From the sequence record PP216085: a stretch of 64,000 bases of DNA; one strand, written 5' to 3'. This document shows, piece after piece, positions 11,640 to 20,422 of the stretch. Made by a program: the position numbers and the translations under genes. Origin of the DNA: Escherichia phage vB_EcoM_HZ_ZJUN4. A model generated the notes under the pieces. That model did no database searches. It had not been told where the DNA came from and saw nothing but the letters and a program-made list of their open reading frames with translations. Each line of letters opens with the position of its first letter. The first letter of the stretch is position 1.

Positions 11640-12017
11640 ATGTACAAAGTGTACGCGGATTATCAGGCTAATCCATCTAAAAAGCCAAGCTGTCAAATAG
11701 GATGGGCTCATGATACTTTGCTTGAAGCAGTAGATGCTGCTCAAAAATTGGGATATAAATATGTAGAGATTGTTCAACTTCCATCAGGAACAGTTATTAC
11801 TCTCGAAGAGTTTAATAATATTAAACCAAACTTTTTACTTTTTGCAGGTGATAATTATTATCCTCGTGGTGGATATGATGATTTGATTGCGTATGCTGAA
11901 ACAGAAGATGAATTACGCCAAATTATTGAAGACAATAAATCAAAACGATTTGGCGATAGTTTCGACTGGTGGCAAATCGTAAATGCCCATACACATACTA
12001 TTGTTGATAAAGGTTAA
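11640..12017 (+). CDS. hypothetical protein (125 aa)
   Basis: ATG immediately after the preceding stop; the track ORF extends upstream with a non-ATG start. Confidence 0.6.
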   Translation: MYKVYADYQANPSKKPSCQIGWAHDTLLEAVDAAQKLGYKYVEIVQLPSGTVITLEEFNNIKPNFLLFAGDNYYPRGGYDDLIAYAETEDELRQIIEDNKSKRFGDSFDWWQIVNAHTHTIVDKG

Positions 12018-12019
12018 TA

Positions 12020-12307
12020 ATGATTCTTTATGCGAAAGTATCATCCATTGAAAATGGATATAAATATGATCAAGAAGCAGCTAAAGCCTTGATTGATGAT
12101 TATGGCATTTTAACATGTTTTGAAGTTGAAAAGGTTTACATTGACCGTTCATCTTCTCAAGTTAAATTAGTGAAGGAAGACCGTAAATTTAATACAGTAA
12201 ATTTTGATTTCTTTATTGAAACAGAAAAAGGTCCTCTTGAATATGATATTTTCAAGAATCCTTTGGGTCTTGAATGCATCGTAAATATGTATCATCATAA
12301 ATGGTAA
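12020..12307 (+). CDS. hypothetical protein (95 aa)
   Basis: ORF tightly packed after the preceding gene with an AAAGG ribosome-binding site. Confidence 0.6.
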   Translation: MILYAKVSSIENGYKYDQEAAKALIDDYGILTCFEVEKVYIDRSSSQVKLVKEDRKFNTVNFDFFIETEKGPLEYDIFKNPLGLECIVNMYHHKW

Positions 12308-12404
12308 ATATGCTTTAAGAATTATTTGTTATTATTAACTCATATCGCACTGATTAATACCCTCTATCATCAAGGGTTCTTGCTTGAGAGCCTTTGTTAA
12401 TAAT

Positions 12405-12477
12405 TGGGAATTAGCCAAGTTGGTAAGGCACTGGATTTTGATTCCAGGATGCAAAGGTTCGAGTCCTTTATTCCCAG
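12405..12477 (+). tRNA. tRNA-Gln (anticodon UUG)
   Basis: Cloverleaf: acceptor TGGGAAT/ATTCCCA, anticodon loop TTTTGAT, T-arm GGTTCGAGTCC. Confidence 0.85.
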
Positions 12478-12478
12478 C

Positions 12479-12565
12479 GCGAGAATGGTCAAATTGGTAA
12501 AGGCACAGCACTTAAAATGCTGCGGAATGATTTCCTTGTGGGTTCGAGTCCCACTTCTCGCACCA
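12479..12565 (+). tRNA. tRNA-Leu (anticodon UAA), type II
   Basis: Acceptor GCGAGAA/TTCTCGC, anticodon loop CTTAAAA, long variable arm, encoded CCA. Confidence 0.85.
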
Positions 12566-12570
12566 AATTT

Positions 12571-12644
<74 letters not shown>

Positions 12645-12654
12645 ATTTAATTTA

Positions 12655-12728
12655 CTCCGTGTAGCTCAGTTTGGTAGAGCGCCTGATTTGGGATCAGGAG
12701 GTCCAAGGTTCAAATCCTTGTATGGAGA
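12655..12728 (+). tRNA. tRNA-Pro (anticodon UGG)
   Basis: D-arm GCTCAGTTTGGTAGAGC, anticodon arm CCTGA-TTTGGGA-TCAGG, T-arm CAAGGTTCAAATCCTTG. Confidence 0.8.
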
Positions 12729-12730
12729 CT

Positions 12731-12820
12731 GGAGGCGTGGCAGAGTGGTTTAATGCACCGGTCTTGAAAACCGGCAGTCGCTCCGGCGACTCATAGGTTC
12801 AAATCCTATCGCCTCCGCCA
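12731..12820 (+). tRNA. tRNA-Ser (anticodon UGA), type II
   Basis: Acceptor GGAGGCG/CGCCTCC, anticodon loop CTTGAAA, long variable arm, CCA. Confidence 0.85.
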
Positions 12821-12825
12821 GTTTT

Positions 12826-12901
12826 GCTGATTTAGCTCAGTAGGTAGAGCAACTCACTTGTAATGAGAAGGTCGGCGGTTCGATTCCGTCAATCAGCACC
12901 A
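12826..12901 (+). tRNA. tRNA-Thr (anticodon UGU)
   Basis: Acceptor GCTGATT/AATCAGC, anticodon loop CTTGTAA, T-arm GGCGGTTCGATTCCGTC, CCA. Confidence 0.85.
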
Positions 12902-12902
12902 A

Positions 12903-12977
12903 GGCCCTGTAGCTGGAAGGTTCAAGCAAGCGACTCATAATCGCCAGATGGTGGTTCAATTCCACCCAGGGCCACCA
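12903..12977 (+). tRNA. tRNA-Ile (anticodon CAU, probably lysidine-modified) or tRNA-Met
   Basis: Acceptor GGCCCTG/CAGGGCC, anticodon loop CTCATAA; T4 tRNA-Ile is known to use CAU. Confidence 0.8.
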
Positions 12978-12990
12978 AATTAAGAATTAA

Positions 12991-13077
12991 GGGGAGTTAT
13001 CCCGTAGAGGTAGCGGTGTGGACTGTAAATCCATTGTCATTGCGACTCGGGTGGTTCGACTCCATCACTCCCCACCA
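12991..13077 (+). tRNA. tRNA-Tyr-like (anticodon GUA), type II
   Basis: Acceptor GGGGAGT/ACTCCCC, anticodon arm GTGGA-CTGTAAA-TCCAT, long variable arm resembling bacterial tRNA-Tyr; D-stem only 3 bp. Confidence 0.7.
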
Positions 13078-13081
13078 ATTT

Positions 13082-13156
13082 GGATGTGTAGCTCAATGGC
13101 AGAGCGATCGCCTGTTAAGCGATTGGTTATAGGTTCGAATCCTATCACGTCCGCCA
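13082..13156 (+). tRNA. tRNA-Asn (anticodon GUU)
   Basis: Acceptor GGATGTG/CACGTCC (one G-U), anticodon arm ATCGC-CTGTTAA-GCGAT, T-arm TAGGTTCGAATCCTA, CCA. Confidence 0.8.
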
Positions 13157-13160
13157 AATC

Positions 13161-13236
13161 CGAGGCATAGCTCAGAAGGAAGAGCAAGGACCTTCTAAGT
13201 CCTAGGTCGTAGGTTCGATCCCTACTGCCTCGACCA
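13161..13236 (+). tRNA. tRNA-Arg (anticodon UCU)
   Basis: Acceptor CGAGGCA/TGCCTCG, anticodon arm AGGAC-CTTCTAA-GTCCT, T-arm GTAGGTTCGATCCCTAC, CCA. Confidence 0.8.
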
Positions 13237-13252
13237 ATTAAGTGAGGAAAAT

Positions 13253-13603
13253 ATGAAAGGTAATGTTTATTTAGTAGTTCATGATTTAACATTCTATTTT
13301 AATCACAATGACACTGTTATTTCTGAACGTGTAATTAATTTACTTTATCAGCATGCAGATTATGTTTATGTCGAAAACGAATACGGTCATTGGCAATTTC
13401 TCAAAAATCGTTCATTTGGTTTAGATGGTTACGAATACTTTGAACGTAAAGACCTTTTAGATAAAATTCCGTTATCTACACAATATCAAAATCATAAGTC
13501 TTTATATAAATGCCGTCCAATTCGAAATGCTGAATCTGCGTATGAAGTAATTGATTTATGGCGTAAACGTCGTGGACAGGTTGATGCTTTAAAAGAATAC
13601 TAA
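13253..13603 (+). CDS. hypothetical protein (116 aa)
   Basis: ORF with GTGAGGAAAA ribosome-binding site directly after the tRNA array. Confidence 0.6.
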   Translation: MKGNVYLVVHDLTFYFNHNDTVISERVINLLYQHADYVYVENEYGHWQFLKNRSFGLDGYEYFERKDLLDKIPLSTQYQNHKSLYKCRPIRNAESAYEVIDLWRKRRGQVDALKEY

Positions 13604-13914
13604 GAAACCGGGTCGCTACCGGTAAGTCGTCGGACTGATGTTCCCTGGGTAAGGAATTGTGTTAATAAATCTTTATGATTTGTTGATGCCCTCTTACATC
13701 ACAGCAGAAACGGCGCACCGAATTATCGATTCGAGGAAATATCTTTGCCGTAAGCCGAGTAGCGTTTTTGACGGAACGTTCGGATATGGTCGAGATATGG
13801 CCTTTTAAAAATATTAAGTAGCGTCAACTGCTTAATAACCGGGTTCGAATCCCGGCGTTTCGTACAAACACTTGCCTTAGCAGGTGGAACCCCGACAAGG
13901 TTGCCGCAAGGCTT

Positions 13915-13942
13915 AGCCCCGACCGAAAGGTTGGGGCTTTTT
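13915..13942 (+). terminator. intrinsic terminator hairpin (AGCCCCGACC-GAAA-GGTTGGGGCT + T-tract)
   Basis: GC-rich stem with GAAA tetraloop followed by TTTTT; identical copy at 14473. Confidence 0.7.
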
Positions 13943-13944
13943 AG

Positions 13945-13952
13945 TATAAATA
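13945..13952 (+). promoter_or_regulatory. late promoter TATAAATA upstream of ip-like gene
   Basis: Exact TATAAATA about 40 nt upstream of the ATG at 13992, directly after the terminator. Confidence 0.5.
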
Positions 13953-13991
13953 TAGTAGTGTATTAAATCACGAATTAAAACAGGAAATAAG

Positions 13992-14465
13992 ATGAAATCA
14001 TATGCTCAATTTTTAAATGAAGTGGTGTTAAATGAAGCATCCGCTTCAGATGTTCGCGCTGTAGCAACTGCTGCTATTAAAGCTGGTAAATATTCTTATA
14101 AAGATGCTTCTGACGAATCCCGGTACAAGTTCTACGACGATATGAGAGCTGAAGGCTTTGTGGGTAACTATGTTACCACCGCCTGGAAAAGTCTGGTTGC
14201 TACTGGTGCGGCTTTCGAAAAACCTTCCGGTAAACCTGCTCCTAAAGCAGATCCTAAAGCTGCACAAGAAAAAAATATTGTTAAAGGAATTATCGCTAAA
14301 TATGAAGCTATACTTAAAGAGCTTTTAGTAATTAAAACCGAAGGCCAAAAATTAGCCCGTGCCTATAGTTTCAAAGATAATCCACATGCTCATGACCTAG
14401 AGTATGTTGAAGACATCCAAAAAATTATTAAAGACCGCATTTGGTCTGCTAAACAAATCAAATAA
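13992..14465 (+). CDS. capsid-targeted internal-protein-like protein (157 aa)
   Basis: N-terminus MKSYAQFLNEVVLNE matches the T4 capsid targeting sequence pattern with LNE protease sites; basic Lys/Ala-rich body; flanked by identical terminators. Confidence 0.6.
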   Translation: MKSYAQFLNEVVLNEASASDVRAVATAAIKAGKYSYKDASDESRYKFYDDMRAEGFVGNYVTTAWKSLVATGAAFEKPSGKPAPKADPKAAQEKNIVKGIIAKYEAILKELLVIKTEGQKLARAYSFKDNPHAHDLEYVEDIQKIIKDRIWSAKQIK

Positions 14466-14472
14466 CATTCTT

Positions 14473-14500
14473 AGCCCCGACCGAAAGGTTGGGGCTTTTT
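14473..14500 (+). terminator. intrinsic terminator hairpin, identical to 13915-13942
   Basis: Same 34-nt sequence CTTAGCCCCGACCGAAAGGTTGGGGCTTTTTAGT as upstream copy. Confidence 0.7.
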
Positions 14501-14590
14501 AGTTTGAATCGCATAGAGAATGCTGTTACGGATAATAACAAAGTAATAAATAATTAATAACTGACCGATAAATTATTTCAAGGATTTTAA

Positions 14591-15154
14591 ATGAAAACCT
14601 ATGCCGAATTTTTAACCGAAGCAGCAAAATTACCATCTGAAGCAGAACTTACTAAAGTATTCTTCCAATTGGACCCAAAAGACCGTGGCGATTTTCTTAA
14701 GTGGAAAGCTAAAGCTATTGAAATGTATAACATTGATAATAGTTCTTTTACGATGAGTCAAGAAAATAAATTCAATAAAGCATTTTTCAAAATTTCTAAG
14801 AAACTGGCATCTGGCGCTCAGGTTCCTAAATCTGCCTTAGCTACTCCTGAACGTGCGCCTGTTAAAATTTCTAAGAATATGTTCGACACTAAAAAATACG
14901 TTAATGCTTTGAATAAAGCTCTTGATGCATTGGATGATGCAAAGAAGGCAGCCCGTGATCTTCAAGACGTGTACATCGATTTTGATCGTAAAACTAAAGG
15001 TTCTATTTCAAATAGCGAACGCAATAGTGTAAGCGTTTATTCTGATAGCCTTGACGTTCTTGGCGATGCGTATACTGAAATTAAAAATCGTATTAACACC
15101 GCATCTAAACTAAAAGCTGCCGCAGAAGCTATAATAGCTAAACTAGGTAAATAA
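14591..15154 (+). CDS. capsid-targeted internal-protein-like protein (187 aa)
   Basis: N-terminus MKTYAEFLTEAAK (capsid targeting sequence plus LTE cleavage site); Lys-rich helical body. Confidence 0.6.
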   Translation: MKTYAEFLTEAAKLPSEAELTKVFFQLDPKDRGDFLKWKAKAIEMYNIDNSSFTMSQENKFNKAFFKISKKLASGAQVPKSALATPERAPVKISKNMFDTKKYVNALNKALDALDDAKKAARDLQDVYIDFDRKTKGSISNSERNSVSVYSDSLDVLGDAYTEIKNRINTASKLKAAAEAIIAKLGK

Positions 15155-15163
15155 TTTTAAACC

Positions 15164-15188
15164 CCCTATCTAAATGATAGGGCTTTTT
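15164..15188 (+). terminator. intrinsic terminator hairpin (CCCTATC-TAAAT-GATAGGG + T-tract)
   Basis: Perfect 7-bp stem followed by CTTTTTGG. Confidence 0.65.
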
Positions 15189-15322
15189 GGTATCTAGGCC
15201 TTTCTGGACCTCTCTAAGAATCATTTAGTTTCTACCCTTTATAATATATTATCCTATCCTTTAATTGCCCCTCCCTGTCCTAGAATTCCCTAAAACTTTT
15301 TAAAAAATTTTTTCACAAAACT

Positions 15323-15354
15323 GTTTACATCCCCGTTCTTCCATGGTACTATAC
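15323..15354 (+). promoter_or_regulatory. early promoter with conserved leader (ACAACTATCAACTG)
   Basis: GTTTAC ... GGTACTATAC; promoter plus leader is near-identical to copies at about 29887 and 56973. Confidence 0.65.
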
Positions 15355-15395
15355 AACTATCAACTGCTGATACAGAAAACAACTTGGAGAATGAA

Positions 15396-15659
15396 ATGGA
15401 TAATTACGGCGAACTGTTCAACTTCTTTATGAAATGCGTTTCAGAAGATTTCGGTCGTACAGTGAATGATATTAAAGTCATCGGTCCTGACCATCCGATG
15501 TTTGAAACTTACGCAGTAATGGGTAATGAAGACGGTCAGTGGTATACTGTAAAAGTTGTGATTAATATGTTCACTGCTGAAGGTTATGTTAAACTGTCTT
15601 CTAAAGTTTACCACGATAACGATGAAATCGCAGAAGAATATTTCAATAATATGAAATAA
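15396..15659 (+). CDS. hypothetical protein (87 aa)
   Basis: ATG 6 nt after GGAGAA ribosome-binding site; the track start at 15384 is a TTG. Confidence 0.6.
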   Translation: MDNYGELFNFFMKCVSEDFGRTVNDIKVIGPDHPMFETYAVMGNEDGQWYTVKVVINMFTAEGYVKLSSKVYHDNDEIAEEYFNNMK

Positions 15660-15726
15660 GTGTGTACAAACACCAAGGACGGTGTTATTATAGACTTATC
15701 AAAACAATCACAGAAGCGGAGAAATA

Positions 15727-15904
15727 AATGACTACTTTAACTATTTGGTTTGACGAAAATGAAGAAACATACTGTGTGAACATTGATGAAAGTACAATGC
15801 CAGAATTTGAATCTTTAGATAAAAACTCGGTTGTATCTTGGGTTGAAGGTTATAAAGCAGCAAAAGGCGATGTTGAAATAGTTTACAAACTATCCGGAGT
15901 ATAA
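15727..15904 (+). CDS. small hypothetical protein (about 58 aa, not in ORF track)
   Basis: ATG after GCGGAGAAATAA; translates MTTLTIWFDENEETYCVNIDESTMPEF...; coordinates approximate. Confidence 0.4.
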
Positions 15905-15947
15905 TACTCTCATGGATTTTAAATCTTAATTAACCTAAGGAAATACT

Positions 15948-16541
15948 ATGAACACACTGAAGAAAATTGTTGATTTTATTCGCACTAAACTTGGTTCTGC
16001 AATGGCTAAAAATCTATCTGTTGAAGAACAGTATACTGCTGCAGCAGCAAAACTGCTTGATAAAATTAAAGACCTAAAAACTGCTTCTGTTAAATCTATT
16101 AATGAAGAAAAACGTATTCGTGAACTTATTGTTGAAAAGAATAAACAGGCTGAATCAAAAGAGCGTGAAATTCGCAAGCTTCTTTCCGAAGGTCAAGATG
16201 TAACAATGCATGCTAAACTTGGCTTGCTATATCGTCGAACAGCTGAACAGCTGACTACTAAAGCTGATGGGTATGCTGAAATGCGAATTGAAATCGCCAA
16301 GAAAGTAGTTGAGTTAGATGATGCTCGTCAAGAACTTGCAGTTAAATTGGAATATATCCGTGAAACTCGTGCGGCAAATGCCCTTGGAATTAGTACTGCT
16401 GATGATGTAGTTGAAATCGCAGCGCTAACTAAGGTTGATATTGAAGATACCCTTGCTCGAGTTGAAACCTTTAACGGTAATATTTCTGGGGTTGAAACCA
16501 CTTCTGCCGATGTTCAGGAATACATTAATTCTCTGAAATAA
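15948..16541 (+). CDS. coiled-coil protein, possibly PspA/IM30-like (197 aa)
   Basis: Almost entirely predicted helical, Glu/Lys/Arg-rich with amphipathic N-terminal helix; family assignment is a guess from composition only. Confidence 0.55.
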   Translation: MNTLKKIVDFIRTKLGSAMAKNLSVEEQYTAAAAKLLDKIKDLKTASVKSINEEKRIRELIVEKNKQAESKEREIRKLLSEGQDVTMHAKLGLLYRRTAEQLTTKADGYAEMRIEIAKKVVELDDARQELAVKLEYIRETRAANALGISTADDVVEIAALTKVDIEDTLARVETFNGNISGVETTSADVQEYINSLK

Positions 16542-16546
16542 TGATA

Positions 16547-16562
16547 AGGGGCTTCGGCCCCT
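16547..16562 (+). other. GGGGC-TTCG-GCCCC hairpin at gene end
   Basis: Stable UUCG-tetraloop hairpin without a strong T-tract; same motif recurs after several genes. Confidence 0.45.
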
Positions 16563-16581
16563 ATTACTGGAGTAAATAGGA

Positions 16582-17190
16582 ATGAGAATGCAAAATGATT
16601 TCAATTCAATGTTTGAAGAGTTCCAAAGACATGTTGATGTTCCAGACCAATTACTAAATGCTCTTAAACGTATGGCAGAAGGACGTAATTACTATTGGGG
16701 CTCTTCGTATGAAACTGATGAAAGCCTTTCTGGAAGACTTTATAGAGGTAAAAAGTCTTTAATACGTCCTGGAATACTTATTAACAGTATTGAATCAATT
16801 CATTCATTGACATGTGATTTTGATGTTGAATTTACTGATTTCATTTCCCCTGAATGGACGGTATGCTATTTAAACGATGATTATGACTATCTTGGCATTT
16901 ATAGTTTAAGTGACGCGGGGTTTAGACGTAATTTACAAAAGTCAAATTTATTTTATATTGATACTACGGTAAAATTTCAAGGCAAGAAATATTTCTTTAC
17001 TCTTATAGTTGACTCTGAAACAAAATATGAAAATAAACGTATTCTTAGTAAAAAGAATATCTTGACTATTATTGATGATCTTTTTGATAAATTCGTGGAA
17101 AATCCTAATTTTGAAAGCGATTTATTATTAGAAAAATTTGTTAAGGAATGTAGAGAATATGTCAAAGCCATCACTATACCTTCCAAGTAA
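16582..17190 (+). CDS. hypothetical protein (202 aa)
   Basis: ORF following a hairpin; no recognisable motif. Confidence 0.6.
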   Translation: MRMQNDFNSMFEEFQRHVDVPDQLLNALKRMAEGRNYYWGSSYETDESLSGRLYRGKKSLIRPGILINSIESIHSLTCDFDVEFTDFISPEWTVCYLNDDYDYLGIYSLSDAGFRRNLQKSNLFYIDTTVKFQGKKYFFTLIVDSETKYENKRILSKKNILTIIDDLFDKFVENPNFESDLLLEKFVKECREYVKAITIPSK

Positions 17191-17551
17191 ACCTTTGAAG
17201 TATGAATTAAAGCGCCAGATAATTTCTACCGATGTATTAATAGGTCCTGTTATACTCATATCATTTGTAATTCTATTGATTATTGGAGGTGTTTTAGATG
17301 TTATGACTGATATTGATTCTGGCGAAATACTTGTATTAATGCTAATTCTTCCATTAATAGTTCCATTTTTATTAGTACCTGTAAATTGGGTAGGATACTG
17401 GTATCAAGGAAGGCATTATCGTAAACGCGTACGTGATTGGAAAGCACAGTGTAAAAAGATTAAAAAGGAACACCAGCTTAAACTAGATATGTATGAATTT
17501 GATGAAATTATGAAATTTGTTAAGGAATCACGATGCAAAGGCCAAAACTAA
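17159..17551 (+). CDS. membrane protein (130 aa)
   Basis: Internal ATG (MSKPSLYLPSK); two strongly hydrophobic segments; basic C-terminus. Confidence 0.55.
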   Translation: MSKPSLYLPSKPLKYELKRQIISTDVLIGPVILISFVILLIIGGVLDVMTDIDSGEILVLMLILPLIVPFLLVPVNWVGYWYQGRHYRKRVRDWKAQCKKIKKEHQLKLDMYEFDEIMKFVKESRCKGQN

Positions 17552-17895
17552 ATAAAGTCAAATATTCGCTTCCTGAGTCATTTTTAATTTTTGCTGTGGC
17601 GTTGGCTGCAGCTCTTGCGGGTAGTCTTTTTGGATTGTTAATTGACTGTCTTATTTTAAACATCGATGGCACAGTAAATATAATAGAAGTTTGGAGTGAA
17701 CTTCGCTATACTAAAATTATTTCATTATTTTCATTCTTTTGTATCATTCTATATTTTCATTATGATAATTTTAAAATAAATTGGCAAAGAAAAAAGGATT
17801 ACAAAATACAATTAAAAGAATATAATAGCTACATGTCTTATATTGAAAATGAATCAATGAAAGAGTTTGTGATTGATTGCAGGAAATTAAAATGA
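17533..17895 (+). CDS. membrane protein (120 aa)
   Basis: ATG with AAGGA ribosome-binding site; two hydrophobic helices. Confidence 0.55.
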   Translation: MQRPKLNKVKYSLPESFLIFAVALAAALAGSLFGLLIDCLILNIDGTVNIIEVWSELRYTKIISLFSFFCIILYFHYDNFKINWQRKKDYKIQLKEYNSYMSYIENESMKEFVIDCRKLK

Positions 17896-18332
17896 AAACA
17901 TTATCAGCTGGTATTATCTTTATGACAGAAGATAAAGATTTATTCATGGGACGGGTTACCGGTTCTCGTAAGTCTGGAATGATGGCCCATCGCTGGGATA
18001 TTCCAAAGGGCCGTGTAGAAAATTCTGATTTAAGCGCACTAGAGGCAGCACGAAGAGAGTGTTTAGAAGAGACTGGCTTTAGCAATTATAATCCAGACCT
18101 TCTAGAAGACCTAGGTGTATTTAAATATTCTAGTAATAAAGACTTACAGTTATTTTATTATACGATTCCAGTAGAGCATGAGATGTTTAGAAATTGCCAC
18201 TGCGAGTCTTATTTTGAAAATAAAGATGGCGTTATGATTCCAGAGATGGACGCTTTTGCTCTTATTCCTCGTACTCAGTGGCAATATGTGATGGGTCCTT
18301 CACTTTACCGAATAATGAACAACCTCTTTTAA
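17892..18332 (+). CDS. nudE: Nudix hydrolase NudE (146 aa)
   Basis: Nudix box GRVENSDLSALEAARRECLEETGF; located immediately upstream of e as in T4 (e.1). Confidence 0.85.
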   Translation: MKTLSAGIIFMTEDKDLFMGRVTGSRKSGMMAHRWDIPKGRVENSDLSALEAARRECLEETGFSNYNPDLLEDLGVFKYSSNKDLQLFYYTIPVEHEMFRNCHCESYFENKDGVMIPEMDAFALIPRTQWQYVMGPSLYRIMNNLF

Positions 18333-18863
<531 letters not shown>

Positions 18864-18867
18864 AGTT

Positions 18868-18897
18868 GTTTACTTTCTCCTAGAACTGTGATAGTAT
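18868..18897 (+). promoter_or_regulatory. early promoter
   Basis: AAAGTTGTTTAC ... TGATAGTAT. Confidence 0.6.
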
Positions 18898-18934
18898 ATT
18901 CATAGTTACTAATTAAAATATTTAAAGGAACCAT

Positions 18935-19252
18935 ATGAAAACGTTTAAAGAATTTATTGCAGAATCTGCCCAAGGACAACGTGTAGAAGGCGGTTATATC
19001 TGGATTGAACAAGTTGAGCCGCCAAGTCGCACTTCTACAGGTAAATGGAAAATCACTGTTGATGGTCCTGGTGGTAAACGTAGGACTCTTAAAGAAATTA
19101 ACGGGTACTATGAAGAAGCTCTTTCTGACGCGGGTACTTATATGATGCAAATCATGATTAAAAACCCAGAAAATCGTTTTGCGGCTAGAGTTTTCCGCCG
19201 TATTGGAAATAAGCTTTATGATGCATATTCTAAAAACTTCCCTAAAGAATAA
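18935..19252 (+). CDS. capsid-targeted internal protein (ipIII/ipII position, 105 aa)
   Basis: N-terminus MKTFKEFIAE (capsid targeting sequence plus IAE protease site); located after e as the ip genes are in T4. Confidence 0.7.
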   Translation: MKTFKEFIAESAQGQRVEGGYIWIEQVEPPSRTSTGKWKITVDGPGGKRRTLKEINGYYEEALSDAGTYMMQIMIKNPENRFAARVFRRIGNKLYDAYSKNFPKE

Positions 19253-19268
19253 AAATTAAAGGATACAC

Positions 19269-19742
19269 ATGAAAACATATCAAGAATTTATTACTGAAGC
19301 AGCTATTAATTCTCAAATTATTGCTGAATCTTTTACTGATCTTTTGAAATTTAAAAAAGGACAGAAAATCACTGCTGTATTGGATGATGGTACAGAAGTT
19401 GAGATGGATGTACAGGGATATAATTATGCAGTAGATGGAAAACTGTATAATAAATCTCATGCTAAATTTGATTCATTTGACGACTTTGTTAATACAGTTG
19501 AAGATGAAAAAACTCGTCGATCCATTGCAACTGGTGATGCTAAGGTTCTTATGGCACATGGTCATGAACGCATTCGCGCTAAACAGAATAAAATGGGTGA
19601 AGATAATTTTGCATTAGTTGGTTATCAATCTGGTAAGCAAACTTATGGCTATCAGCGTACTGCTACCATGTATAATAAAAATGGTAAAATCGCTTTCGTG
19701 AATAGTAAAGGTTCTATTCAGTACGTTAAATCGTTCAAATAA
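19269..19742 (+). CDS. capsid-targeted internal protein (ipII/ipIII position, 157 aa)
   Basis: N-terminus MKTYQEFITEAAINSQIIAE with two protease sites. Confidence 0.7.
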   Translation: MKTYQEFITEAAINSQIIAESFTDLLKFKKGQKITAVLDDGTEVEMDVQGYNYAVDGKLYNKSHAKFDSFDDFVNTVEDEKTRRSIATGDAKVLMAHGHERIRAKQNKMGEDNFALVGYQSGKQTYGYQRTATMYNKNGKIAFVNSKGSIQYVKSFK

Positions 19743-19882
19743 TATGGGAACAACCTGGACCTCATGATTCTGTGAGGGATTCCCGCCAACCTGTAATAAG
19801 GTCGAGCCCAAGTGCGGTAATGGGTAAATACAGAAATGGACAATTCATGCGCCACGGAATGGCCCAAATTTAGAGAGAAGAA

Positions 19883-20422
19883 ATGAGAACATTTTTAACT
19901 GGTCCTTATCTATCCCTGATGAATGCTTTTACACACCATTCTGATGCTAGAGTAGAAGAAATTTGTAAAAACGAATATATCCCGCCATTTGAAGACTTAC
20001 TTAAACAGTACTGCACACTTCGACTAGATGGTGGACGTCAATCCGGTAAATCAACTGCAATAACTAATTTTGCCGCTAATTGGTTATATGATGGTGGAAC
20101 AGTTATTGTTCTTTCTAATACTTCAGCTTACGCTAAAATTTCTGCGGGCCACATTAAAAAAGAATTTTCTCGTTATTCTAGCGATGATATTCGATTCCGC
20201 TTATTTACCGATTCTGTCCGTAGTTTTATCGGTAATAAAGGAAGCAAGTTCAGAGGTTTATCGCTTTCGCGGATTTTGTATATAATCGATGAGCCTGTTA
20301 AATCTCCTGATATGGATAAGATTTATAGTGTCCATATTGACACTGTACACTGCTGCTGTAATATTAAATGTTGTATTGGTGGTATTACTCGTCCACAGTT
20401 TTTCGTAATCGGAATGCAATGA
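19883..20422 (+). CDS. small P-loop NTPase-like protein (179 aa)
   Basis: Walker A DGGRQSGKST and Walker B-like ILYIIDEP; Cys cluster HCCCNIKCC at C-terminus. Confidence 0.6.
   Translation: MRTFLTGPYLSLMNAFTHHSDARVEEICKNEYIPPFEDLLKQYCTLRLDGGRQSGKSTAITNFAANWLYDGGTVIVLSNTSAYAKISAGHIKKEFSRYSSDDIRFRLFTDSVRSFIGNKGSKFRGLSLSRILYIIDEPVKSPDMDKIYSVHIDTVHCCCNIKCCIGGITRPQFFVIGMQ

Noticed and set aside
13915-15188. Possible CRISPR-like repeat array suggested by the identical 34-nt repeats
   Set aside because: Only two copies, spaced by a full gene, and each forms a terminator hairpin with a T-tract; there is no regular repeat-spacer periodicity or cas gene.
19743-19882. Remnant denV coding sequence in the 140-bp gap after the ip genes
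   Set aside because: None of the three forward frames resembles DenV as I recall it; treated as non-coding.
20070-20285. 71-aa ORF in an alternative frame inside the P-loop gene
   Set aside because: It is wholly contained within the longer ORF that carries the Walker A and B motifs.
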